NCBI GenBank assembly: GCA_035545575.1
Contig: DASZYB010000045.1
Span: 6,030-70,029 of the forward strand
Source: Opitutaceae bacterium
GTDB lineage: Bacteria > Verrucomicrobiota > Verrucomicrobiia > Opitutales > Opitutaceae
Direction: 5' to 3'
Length of the DNA stretch: 64,000 nt
Part shown: piece after piece, positions 18,292 to 27,569 of the stretch
Layout of the letters: each line of letters opens with the position of its first letter
How positions within the stretch are numbered: position 1 is the first letter of the stretch
Made by a program: the position numbers and the translations under genes
Notes under the pieces: model-generated
What the model was told of the DNA's origin: nothing
The model's input: only the letters and a program-made list of their open reading frames with translations
Databases searched by the model: none

Positions 18292-19881
18292 ATGCACCGC
18301 GAGACTTTCGGCGGCGTTCACATCTTCCGTTCGCACCCGCAAACGGTGCGTTTCTTTCGGAACGCCGCACGCACGCATCTTCTCAGCAAGTTCCACGTCG
18401 GCGACTATCCTGATTCGGATTTCGCAAATCGGATCCTGCAACACCAGTTCGAGTTCTTTTCCAAGAGTCTGACGGCTTTGGTGCCGAAGCTGGTGACCCG
18501 CGACGCGCTGGAATTCGTCCTATTTCAATACGACCAAGCCGGGAAAATTCTTCACGCGAAAGGGATCAAAAATCCTGCCGAAGTGGAGCGATGGCTCGGC
18601 ATTGAAGGCAACTTTCGCCGCGCCCTCAAATACCTTGCCGAGATGATTTGCCTGCTGGGCGAATCTGGGGAGCCGAAGGTAACCCGCGATGAATCGTTCG
18701 CCGCAATGGATGCGGGAATCTTGTGCGCGGAGGCAGTGGTTGAACTGGCTGAACTTAGTCATCGTGTGCACGGTGTTTTTGCGGGACACGCATCGGCGCG
18801 AGTGTTTCCCGCCGGCGAGCCGGTTGACTTTGAAGTGCGGATCGGTGGGCCCTTCGAAGGCTACGATCAAACGATGTTCACGCGGATCAAACGCGACAGG
18901 GAAAACCGCCACCGTTTTATTGTGGGGCACCAGTTCGATCTCGATACGGAGCAACACCGGCAGGTTCTAAACCCTACGTTCGAAGCGTGCTTCGGGTGGC
19001 CCTATGACCGCTTCCTGGACGTGCTTGGCAAGACGATCAGGGGCGCCCAGCCCGCGCCCAACGCGTTTCCGACGCTGTTCATTCACCGAGGCAAACTGGT
19101 TCAGACATTTGTGGACCAAGGCGCGCCTAAGGAAGGCATCGAACGAATCATCTCGGGTTTCACGCTTTCCCCGCAGCGCATGCGGCAGGAGAAACGCGTC
19201 GTATGGAATCCGAAGCAGGAACACCGTGCCTACCGCCGCGGATTCTTCGAGTTCCCGCACGAAACGGGACCACACCTGGCGTTTTCCCGGACCATGGCGC
19301 AGGAAAGCTTCATCCATCTGGTGAACACCATTTGCTACAAGAAGCTTCCGGAGGAGTGGCGCCACCCGACTTTGAACCAAGCGCAGGAATCGCTGTCGTC
19401 GCGAGCGTCGGTGTGGTTCGAGGAAACGGTCGCTCGCAACATGAGTGCACTCGGATTTCAGGGTGCTCGCGCAAAGGAACGGATCGGGACGGACACCCGA
19501 TCAGTGAAGATACCGTCCGATGTCGGAGAGATCGATTATCTCGGATTTCATCCGAAGGAACGATTGCTGGTTATCGCCGAAGCCAAAATGTCGAACGTCG
19601 GGCTCGAAGGAAAACTTTGGCGAGACGACTTGGAGGACTTTGTCCGCCGTCGTAACTCCTACGCGGAGAAATTCCGCAGAAAAATTGCGTGGGTGTCCGC
19701 CTGCCGCAGTGAAATCGGCATCGCTCTTACGGGGGCCAAAGTCGAACGGTTCGCCGCCGTCATGGTGACGCTCTACCCGTGCATTGCTCGAATGTTCATC
19801 ACGGATTTCCCCTGCGTTTCGATCGCCGAGCTCATGCTCGACTATCGCGCCAAAGGCGAATGGCCATATCAGCCCGCTTGA
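18292..19881 (+). CDS. Uncharacterised 529-aa protein with C-terminal PD-(D/E)xK nuclease-like motif
   Basis: PSDVGEIDYLGFHPKERLLVIAEAKMSN (about nt 19527-19590) fits the D...(D/E)xK restriction-endonuclease-fold pattern. The N-terminal ~400 aa were not recognised. Confidence 0.6.
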   Translation: MHRETFGGVHIFRSHPQTVRFFRNAARTHLLSKFHVGDYPDSDFANRILQHQFEFFSKSLTALVPKLVTRDALEFVLFQYDQAGKILHAKGIKNPAEVERWLGIEGNFRRALKYLAEMICLLGESGEPKVTRDESFAAMDAGILCAEAVVELAELSHRVHGVFAGHASARVFPAGEPVDFEVRIGGPFEGYDQTMFTRIKRDRENRHRFIVGHQFDLDTEQHRQVLNPTFEACFGWPYDRFLDVLGKTIRGAQPAPNAFPTLFIHRGKLVQTFVDQGAPKEGIERIISGFTLSPQRMRQEKRVVWNPKQEHRAYRRGFFEFPHETGPHLAFSRTMAQESFIHLVNTICYKKLPEEWRHPTLNQAQESLSSRASVWFEETVARNMSALGFQGARAKERIGTDTRSVKIPSDVGEIDYLGFHPKERLLVIAEAKMSNVGLEGKLWRDDLEDFVRRRNSYAEKFRRKIAWVSACRSEIGIALTGAKVERFAAVMVTLYPCIARMFITDFPCVSIAELMLDYRAKGEWPYQPA

Positions 19882-19902
19882 GCGTCACGCTGATCGGCGC
19901 CA

Positions 19903-20760
19903 TCACCGCAACCGTGAACACCATGAGCACACCGTTGCTGGGCTTTCATACTCCATCCCGTGCTGCAGCGGATCAGAAATCACCGCTGGATGGGTATGCC
20001 CCAGAATACACGTTGGCGGCAGCGGCCGGCTCACGCTGAAGCCCCATTCATCGGCGCCTTGCTCCTCTTCGGGAATCCGACTGCACCGCTTAAAATGCAG
20101 GGTGGTTAGCGTGTACACCAACGGATCCCGAAAATCATCGTCGATCATCCGCAAAGGCACCGCACATTCGAAAATGGTCGGAATGCCGCGGCGGCGCTGC
20201 CGGACCTGGGATTCGTGAAAGCGAGCCTCGTCGTTGTGCCAGAGGCAATTCATGGCTTCGGGCCCGTAAACAAGATAGTGCCCTGCGAATTCCGTCAGGA
20301 CGTCGCGACTTGCTTCGAGAAAGATTTTGCCCTCACGGAGATCGAGGTCGGCCTCCCTTGCGGCAGTAGCGATATCGGGCCGAGGAATCGTCCCTTCGAA
20401 CAAGGCGAACGCTTCCTCTTCCAGCCACTTTCGGTCCAAAGGTTTCAAACCCTCCTGCAGGTAGCTGTCCAGCGACGTCGGCTTACAGGCGTGAAAACCG
20501 CGAAGAGAGTCGAACACCCGCTCGTAACCGGCGCGGAGTTCCGGCAACAGCATCTGCACTGGCGCGCATTTTTCCTCCGCCAGCGCTTCATCCAGATAGC
20601 GAACTGTGTCGTCATACATCTCCTTCGCGGGGACATCGAGGAGCCGGCGCCGGACCTTAGCGGGCACAACGTCGCTGATAACGCGCGCGACCGGTATTTC
20701 CCATGTGGGAGGGTTCCAAAGATCGATCATCCGACTCGGACCGGTTTTCTTGGCGGACAT
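19903..20760 (-). CDS. Hypothetical protein (285 aa), second gene of a two-gene cassette
   Basis: Clean coding-like composition. It lies 30 nt downstream of the 128-aa gene on the same strand. No family recognised. Confidence 0.55.
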   Translation of the reverse strand: MSAKKTGPSRMIDLWNPPTWEIPVARVISDVVPAKVRRRLLDVPAKEMYDDTVRYLDEALAEEKCAPVQMLLPELRAGYERVFDSLRGFHACKPTSLDSYLQEGLKPLDRKWLEEEAFALFEGTIPRPDIATAAREADLDLREGKIFLEASRDVLTEFAGHYLVYGPEAMNCLWHNDEARFHESQVRQRRRGIPTIFECAVPLRMIDDDFRDPLVYTLTTLHFKRCSRIPEEEQGADEWGFSVSRPLPPTCILGHTHPAVISDPLQHGMEYESPATVCSWCSRLR

Positions 20761-20790
20761 GCTTTTATTAGCGTGCGGGTCGAGCCATGG

Positions 20791-21177
20791 TTACGGCTCG
20801 CGCTCCCGACCTTGTAACGAACAAAGATGCGCCTGAATAACCGGCAGCATCTCGTCGACCATTTCAGGTTTGGTCGCAGCGTAGCCTGGCTCCCAAAAAT
20901 GCCATAGCATCGCGTGCTTTCGGTCGCGCGTGACACGCCGACGGAATCGAAGAAAGATTTTGCCGCCGGTTTTTCTCGCCGGGATCGTCGTGGTTTCGTG
21001 TTGGACCACAAAAAATTCGTCGTAGTCGACCACATCCAACTTGGACTCGGACTCTTTGCTCTCGACAATCCCCACCCCTGCAACTTCGGGATACGTTCGC
21101 CAAGCGAGATCTCCCAATGCATCGACCAGGTGTGCCAGCTCGCGCCTTTTGCTGGTCTGCTCGGGCGTGGATTTCAT
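20791..21177 (-). CDS. Hypothetical protein (128 aa), first gene of a two-gene cassette
   Basis: Coding-like composition. It is divergent from the helicase operon across a 222-nt intergenic region. Confidence 0.5.
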   Translation of the reverse strand: MKSTPEQTSKRRELAHLVDALGDLAWRTYPEVAGVGIVESKESESKLDVVDYDEFFVVQHETTTIPARKTGGKIFLRFRRRVTRDRKHAMLWHFWEPGYAATKPEMVDEMLPVIQAHLCSLQGREREP

Positions 21178-21399
21178 ATAGGTTCGGTGGGGCTATCGAA
21201 CTATAGGTGCCGCGACACATCGCGAGACCGAATCTTTCGTGCATCTGTGGCAACGGTGAGGTCCCAGTTTCACAGAGGTGCAGCACAGGGGCTCGAAGGG
21301 AAGCGCAAGGCCACAACAGGTCTTGCGCCGTTTCGAACCCGGAGCATGAATCGAGTCAGCCAGATCGCGGTTACCGACTGGCTCGTCCAGTGAGCAACC

Positions 21400-24300
21400 A
21401 TGTCCGAGAGCGGCCAGAAAAATGGAAACGGCAAGCCCACCACGAAGCCGAGCACCGTCGTGGGGGAGTTGACGCACGCCAAGCAGGTCGAGTTGCCCGC
21501 GGTAACGATCAGCCGCAGCAGCAAACATTTCGAACTGCGCTGTGATCGCAGTCCAGCCGTCCTCGCTCCATGCACGACGACGGTGCTTCGCACTTTCGCG
21601 AAGAAGCCTGTTACAGTTCAGGTCGACACGGGCGCACATGGGCTGTTCACACTGACGCGGAAGACCGCCGCTGACTTGTTCGCGCAAGCCAACGGCGCGT
21701 TGCAGGTCGCAGGTTTCGAACTAATCGGAGAAACGCTGCGACCCCGCGGAAAATTCGCATGGCTCCAGCACGAACTCCTTTCCGCTCATGCGCCCGAGAG
21801 GCTACCGGAGGAGATCGCGAAGTCATGGATTGGTGGGGTGAGCCTCGCCCCGGAGCGCACCGGTACTGACGGTCGGAAGATCGGTCTGCGCGGTCCACAG
21901 ATCGGAGCACTGCACGCCCTGGCGGCCCATTGGACTCTGGGCGAAAGGACGGCTTTGGTCGTAATGCCCACTGGCACCGGCAAGACCGAGGTAATGCTTG
22001 CGCACACGGTGATGACGGTGCCGCGGCGCCTACTGGTGCTGGTCCCGACCGATCCTTTGCGCGAACAGACATTCGATAAATTCGTGGGACTCGGAATTCT
22101 GCATCAGCACGGGATCGTCCACACCTCCGTGCAGAAACCCGTCGTGGGGATCATGCGCCGTGCGCCGCAGACAGAGGCGGACCTCGCGTTCGTGCCACAG
22201 TGCAACGTGGTCGTTTCGACCGTCGCTATGCTTGAGCATGTCCCCAGCGCCGTGCTCAAGAAGTTCACGGATCAATTCGACGCGGTATATTTCGACGAGG
22301 CGCACCACCTGCGCGCGCGCTCGTGGGAACGCGTCTTTGGCGTCCTCGATCAGCAGCGGGTGGTCGCCTTCACCGCCACTCCCTACCGAGAGGATGGCCT
22401 GCGCATTCCGCTGCGTATCGTCTACAATTATCCGCTGCGGCTAGCGCAGCAAAAAGGATATTTTCGGAAGATCGATTTCATTGAAGTGAACGAAATCGAT
22501 CCCCGGGAAGCGGACGAGCAGATCGCGGAAAAAGCCGTCGGGAGGCTGAAGGAAGACGAGGCGAAGGGATCGCGGCACCTGATTCTCGCTCGCGCGGGGG
22601 ACCGGGCGCGAGCGAAGCTGCTTTTCGATTCGATCTATCACCCTCGCTACGGGGAGTTGAAGCCGGTTCTGATCTATTCGGGCATCGCCGGGAAAAATGA
22701 CATCCTGAAGCGGATTCGGCGCGGTGAACATCGAATCGTTGTCTGCGTGGACATGTTTGGCGAAGGCTTCGATCTCCCGGCGCTGAAGATTGCGGCGATG
22801 CACGACATCCACCGTAGTCTCGCGATCACGCTGCAGTTCACCGGGCGCTTTACCCGCGATGCGCAGGGCGTCGGCGATGCGACCCTTATCGCGAACGTGG
22901 CCGAACCGAAGGTGTCCGACGCGATCGAGGAACTCTACGCGGAGGACCCCGATTGGAACGCGATCATCCCCAAGCTAAGCGCCCGCGCGATTCAATCGCA
23001 GCTTAACTTTGCCCAGTTCCTCGATCGCGTGCCGCAAGGCTACGGCGAAGAGCAAAGTCTTTTCGACCTGAACATCATCCGACCGAAGACCAGCACGGTC
23101 ATCTACTCCTGTCCCGACTTTCAGTGGAAGAATTTCCGAAAGGGCCTGCGCGGCGGTGATGTGAAGGTGCATCGCTGGTGGCCCAGCACCGACAAGGACA
23201 TGCTCGTATTCGTCACGCACACGCGTCTTCGCATCGACTGGGCCTTAATCAAGGAGACGACGGACGAAGTCTGGGATGTGTTCGTCCTTGCCTATGACCG
23301 TCCGCGAAAGCTGCTCTACATCCATAGCTCGCACAAAGGCTCGCTGCATTCTGACTTGGCGACCGCGGTGGGCGGCGACAGCGCGCGGATTATCGACGGC
23401 GACCGCGTGTTCAAGGCGATGCACGGCATCGGTCGGCTGATCCTCTACAGCGCAGGACTCTACGGCCGCGGGCGGATGCGCTTCCGCATGTTGACGGGTT
23501 TAGACATCGCCGAGGCGATTGGGCCGGCGGCCCAAGCGGGCTCGACACGTGCGAACCTTTTCGGGGCGGGCTATGCCAACGGCAAGCGCGTGACGATTGG
23601 GGCGTCCGCCAAGGGCCGGCTTTGGTCGATGTCCTCTAGCCCAATTCCCGACTGGTTCGAATGGTGCCAGGAGGTCGCGACCAAGATTCTCGATCCGAAT
23701 GTGCGGGCCGACGCGATTCTCCAACACACCCTCGTCGCCACCGCGTTGACCGCGCTACCCGCCAACGAGGTGTTCACGCTTTTGCTCCCCGACGACTGGC
23801 TGGATGCGAACGCGTCCCTGGGAAAACTATCGTTGGCCGGCAAGAGCTACGATCTCTCTTCGTGTGGCGTCACCTCCGTCACTCGCACGTCCGATGGCAA
23901 AATCGAATTCGAAATGGATGTGTCCGGAGAGCACACCCTCAGCTTTCAGATGCGGTGGGGGCCCGATGAAGCGCAGTTCGGCGTGCTGCAAGTCAAAGGT
24001 CCGGATGCCACACTGCGGGTTGACAATGCGATCCAGGATCTCACCGGGTTCTTCCGCGAGAACCCGCCAGTGCTCCTCTTGGTGGACGGATCCGAAGTGC
24101 GTGGGGGACGGCACCTCAAGCCGTCGGACGCACATCCCTATACTTACGACGTCGCCACCATCATTGCGGCCGATTGGACCAACGTCCCGATCCAGGAGGA
24201 ATCGAAATGGAAGCATGGCGTGATGCGTGCCGCCTCAATTCAGGGAAAAGTCATCGACGACTGTGTGGCGCAAAAGAATCTGATCGTCTTTGACGATGAT

Positions 24301-24735
24301 GACGCCGGCGAAACCGCCGACGTGGTCGAGATCGTCGAAGACGGCCAGACCGTGACGTTCCGCTTCTATCACTGCAAGTATTCCGGCGGTGCGACTCCAG
24401 GCGAGCGCGTGAAGGACCTGTATGAAGTTTGCGGGCAAGTGGTCCGCAGCTCGCGTTTGGTGCACAATGCGGAAGCTCTGCTCCGTCAACTGGAGCGGCG
24501 GGAGAAACACAATCTCGGAGGCCGTCTCACGCGTTTTGAAAAAGGCGACCGCAAAACACTTGTCTCCCTCAGGCGCCGAATCCGCAAAATGAGAACTCGG
24601 TTCGAATTCTTTGTCGTGCAGCCCGGACTATCGAAGGCCGCGCTGCAACCCGATCTGGCATCCGTTCTCGGCGCCGCCGACGCCTACCTACGTGATACAA
24701 CTGGTTCCCCACTGCGGATCATTGCGAGCAAGTGA
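21400..24735 (+). CDS. SF2 (DEAH, ResIII-like) helicase, 1111 aa, with a long C-terminal extension ending in a nuclease-like motif
   Basis: Walker A VVMPTGTGKTEV (nt 21964-21987), DEAH box YFDEAHHL (22294-22305), motif III AFTATP, motif V CVDMFGEGFDLP and motif VI LQFTGRFTR. The C-terminus has IVFDDDDAGETADVVEIVEDGQTVTFRFYHCKYSGG (about 24280-24390). Confidence 0.85.
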   Translation: MSESGQKNGNGKPTTKPSTVVGELTHAKQVELPAVTISRSSKHFELRCDRSPAVLAPCTTTVLRTFAKKPVTVQVDTGAHGLFTLTRKTAADLFAQANGALQVAGFELIGETLRPRGKFAWLQHELLSAHAPERLPEEIAKSWIGGVSLAPERTGTDGRKIGLRGPQIGALHALAAHWTLGERTALVVMPTGTGKTEVMLAHTVMTVPRRLLVLVPTDPLREQTFDKFVGLGILHQHGIVHTSVQKPVVGIMRRAPQTEADLAFVPQCNVVVSTVAMLEHVPSAVLKKFTDQFDAVYFDEAHHLRARSWERVFGVLDQQRVVAFTATPYREDGLRIPLRIVYNYPLRLAQQKGYFRKIDFIEVNEIDPREADEQIAEKAVGRLKEDEAKGSRHLILARAGDRARAKLLFDSIYHPRYGELKPVLIYSGIAGKNDILKRIRRGEHRIVVCVDMFGEGFDLPALKIAAMHDIHRSLAITLQFTGRFTRDAQGVGDATLIANVAEPKVSDAIEELYAEDPDWNAIIPKLSARAIQSQLNFAQFLDRVPQGYGEEQSLFDLNIIRPKTSTVIYSCPDFQWKNFRKGLRGGDVKVHRWWPSTDKDMLVFVTHTRLRIDWALIKETTDEVWDVFVLAYDRPRKLLYIHSSHKGSLHSDLATAVGGDSARIIDGDRVFKAMHGIGRLILYSAGLYGRGRMRFRMLTGLDIAEAIGPAAQAGSTRANLFGAGYANGKRVTIGASAKGRLWSMSSSPIPDWFEWCQEVATKILDPNVRADAILQHTLVATALTALPANEVFTLLLPDDWLDANASLGKLSLAGKSYDLSSCGVTSVTRTSDGKIEFEMDVSGEHTLSFQMRWGPDEAQFGVLQVKGPDATLRVDNAIQDLTGFFRENPPVLLLVDGSEVRGGRHLKPSDAHPYTYDVATIIAADWTNVPIQEESKWKHGVMRAASIQGKVIDDCVAQKNLIVFDDDDAGETADVVEIVEDGQTVTFRFYHCKYSGGATPGERVKDLYEVCGQVVRSSRLVHNAEALLRQLERREKHNLGGRLTRFEKGDRKTLVSLRRRIRKMRTRFEFFVVQPGLSKAALQPDLASVLGAADAYLRDTTGSPLRIIASK

Positions 24736-24759
24736 TCGGAATCGCCGCCAGCTCGCTCC

Positions 24760-26298
24760 ATGGCCACAGTCTTCAACCCGGACACGCTCTACGCGTTCTA
24801 CAAGAAGGCGCGCAATCTTCTCCGGAAGTTCGAACCAGGCTCGGTAACTGGGCACATCCTAAACGCTCTGCATAAGGCCCACACTGGGGGCGTTGAGGTT
24901 CTTCGTCACTACCAGCCCTGGAACCTTCTCCTCGCTTTAAAGTGGGCGATACAGGAAGCCGATGCCACTGCACATCGTCGGCCAGCCGCGACCCTCAATG
25001 ACGTCCATCGCGTGCTCAATATCATTCATGACATGGAGGCACACGTGCGAATGCCTTCGGAATTCGAGCACGTCACGCTGTTCATGCGGCACATGGCGTT
25101 CCAGCAATTCTGGCTCCATCCGCCCGATGGCTCTGCGCTTGTTCGTCAGGAAATTCTTTTCGGCGAACTGCCGACGGGGCACGCATTCCAAAGGGAGTTT
25201 TTTGAGCTGGCTGGATTTACTGTCGCCGACAGCACCGAACTTTCCTTCGCTCTCCTCGTGGCCTTTCTCTCGGGCTCGGATCCGCGAGTCATCAATCGGG
25301 CCGATTTCGCTAACATCGAACCGAGATTATCAGTCGGCGCCCTCGACCGTTTTCTCCGCCATCTATCACGCACTCCAACCCAGCTGCGAACGTGGCTCAA
25401 TGAGCCACCGATCCGCCAAGTTTCCGTTTCGGACCAGTTCATCTTGCCGAGCCCATTCTTGCGCGCGCCCTTGCTGAACGCCGAGGGGCGGTTCTTTGTC
25501 TATCATCCGCCGCTCCTTTTCCGGGCCCTCGAGGAACTGGCGTATCGAACATTACGATCAAAGGACCCGGAATGGTTTGCCCAGAGGTTCGGTCCCATTT
25601 TTGAGCAACACGTCGCGCGGTGCCTCGCCGATGCCCGAATCACAGCGGTGCCGGAAGAGAAATCGAAAACGAGCCTAGCGGGGAGCGGCAAGTGCGTCGA
25701 CTTCCTGATCGTGGAAAACGACTGCAACGTTCTGATCGATGCCAAGGGTGTGGAGATGTCCACGGTTGGTCGCGTCTCCCACGAGGCCGAAATTGTGTAT
25801 CGTGCCGTGAAGGATTCCGCCATGAAGGCCATCGTGCAGGGGATGGATACCGTGCGGCGCATGAGGCAGACGCCGTCGGAGCGAATTCCGTTCGGCACTC
25901 ATGAGAACTACTTGCTCGTCGTAACTTTCGAGCCACTGCACCTCGGACCCAGCAACGAGCTAGGTGCTCTCTTTGGGTCGCAATTGACGCGGCGGCTTCA
26001 TCGAGACTTTGGCGAACCACTGCCGTTCTCGCTAGAAAATGTCTTCTTCTGCAGCATTGGCGAGCTTGAGCGACTGCTCGCTCGGATTCGGGCGGGTAGC
26101 ACGACGCTGCTCGCGGCGCTGCGATTCGCCAAACAGTCGGATTCCGATCGCACGACCCGGAAATTCGACTTCGGCCAGCACGTGCAGGAGCTCGGTCCTC
26201 CCGCTGATCGGCTGCCGTTCTTGGAAGATGCGCTCGGCCGATTGTGCGAGCGTTGCATACAACGCCTCCCGCCTGAGCTGAGGCGCGCCGTCAAATAG
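24760..26298 (+). CDS. Uncharacterised 512-aa protein with PD-(D/E)xK nuclease-like motif
   Basis: GKCVDFLIVENDCNVLIDAKGVEMS (about 25690-25755). It lies 24 nt downstream of the helicase gene. Confidence 0.65.
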   Translation: MATVFNPDTLYAFYKKARNLLRKFEPGSVTGHILNALHKAHTGGVEVLRHYQPWNLLLALKWAIQEADATAHRRPAATLNDVHRVLNIIHDMEAHVRMPSEFEHVTLFMRHMAFQQFWLHPPDGSALVRQEILFGELPTGHAFQREFFELAGFTVADSTELSFALLVAFLSGSDPRVINRADFANIEPRLSVGALDRFLRHLSRTPTQLRTWLNEPPIRQVSVSDQFILPSPFLRAPLLNAEGRFFVYHPPLLFRALEELAYRTLRSKDPEWFAQRFGPIFEQHVARCLADARITAVPEEKSKTSLAGSGKCVDFLIVENDCNVLIDAKGVEMSTVGRVSHEAEIVYRAVKDSAMKAIVQGMDTVRRMRQTPSERIPFGTHENYLLVVTFEPLHLGPSNELGALFGSQLTRRLHRDFGEPLPFSLENVFFCSIGELERLLARIRAGSTTLLAALRFAKQSDSDRTTRKFDFGQHVQELGPPADRLPFLEDALGRLCERCIQRLPPELRRAVK

Positions 26299-26315
26299 GC
26301 TTTGGCACCCAACCT

Positions 26316-27548
26316 ATGATAAATCCCGAGAACCCCGAGGAGTTGGAGCAGTTCGAAGGAATGGACGACGAGGCACGCGCCACCTTTGTCGTTCGCTTGC
26401 AGGATCAGTTCACCGTTTCTGTCGCACTCCGGCTTTATGCCGAAGGGCAAGCCCATGAAGCCGCTGGATTAGTCGCCGCGCCGGGCCTGCCACAAGCCGG
26501 CGATGGTTGTCGCGTCGACTTGACGCAGTGTGCACTGGCCGACTGGCGGTTCCTCGGCGAGGTGGCCGGGCGAGGCTATCTGGATGAAATGGTGGGAGGA
26601 CTAAGGATGCTGCGCTCGGGCAGTCCGCCACGCGATTCCCTGGTGGAGCTTTGCCGAAACGGATTCTTATTGCGGCAGGGAAAATTGAGGTGGGTTTACC
26701 GGCATGATCCCACTCGCAACGTGAATATCGTGTATGCCGTGTGTCGGCGGACCCACAATCCGCTAAAAAAGATATGGCGCTACTTCAGCCAGAAAAAGGC
26801 GGTCGATCTCATCGAGCGAGGGCAGATCTACCTGAGCAGGCTCGATACCTTGGCCGAGCGCGACGGCGGCGACCGCTACGAAGGCACGCCAACCATTCCT
26901 GGGGTCGCCGGATTCACCGCCGCTCTTATCGCCAGCCTTGGCCTGGCACATCCTGATTTTCTCCAACGCTATGACCATTGCCGCCGCGCAACCTTCGTTT
27001 GTTGCTGGCACAAGGCCGAGCATGAGGCGCTGCCAATGTGGCTCGGCTATTGCCGCGAAGCGCCGACTGAAGTCTCACCGCCGGTTCCAGGAGGTTTTGC
27101 GCTCCAGACGACCGAGCGTCGGCTTCAACACCAGTTCGTAAAATTTCATGATGAGCCTAGAATTCAGGGCCAACAGTTCTTTCTCCGCGACATAGATTAC
27201 GTCGACCACCGAACTCATGAGCCGCCTGCGCGCTTCGGTGAGGAAGTGTTTCTCAAAGCAAACTGGTTCCGCGACGAGAGGGAGCTTCGTCTCGGCATCC
27301 AGCGTCTCGATTGCGCATGCGCAGGCTCAGTGGTGCAGATCGAGGAAAAGCTCACGGCTTTGCCGCGATTTGTGCGATTGTCGGTCGACCTCAATGCGAT
27401 CACCGAAACAATCGTTCTCAATCCCGGCACCTCCGCCGCGAATCGAGCAGCAATCACAGGCCTGGTCACGGAGCTCTATCCTGAGCTAGCGCGGCGGATC
27501 AGAACCTCCGCATTGGAAGTGCCTCCCGTTGCCGCAACATTGAGTTAG
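26316..27548 (+). CDS. Uncharacterised 410-aa protein, possibly DUF2971-like
   Basis: RYFSQKKAVDLIERGQIYLSRLDTLAERDGGDRYEG resembles the N-terminal DUF2971 pattern (..l.lsr...f.D..EG). It lies 17 nt downstream of the previous gene. Confidence 0.55.
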   Translation: MINPENPEELEQFEGMDDEARATFVVRLQDQFTVSVALRLYAEGQAHEAAGLVAAPGLPQAGDGCRVDLTQCALADWRFLGEVAGRGYLDEMVGGLRMLRSGSPPRDSLVELCRNGFLLRQGKLRWVYRHDPTRNVNIVYAVCRRTHNPLKKIWRYFSQKKAVDLIERGQIYLSRLDTLAERDGGDRYEGTPTIPGVAGFTAALIASLGLAHPDFLQRYDHCRRATFVCCWHKAEHEALPMWLGYCREAPTEVSPPVPGGFALQTTERRLQHQFVKFHDEPRIQGQQFFLRDIDYVDHRTHEPPARFGEEVFLKANWFRDERELRLGIQRLDCACAGSVVQIEEKLTALPRFVRLSVDLNAITETIVLNPGTSAANRAAITGLVTELYPELARRIRTSALEVPPVAATLS

Positions 27549-27569
27549 CCGTTGGGCCCACGCACCGCC

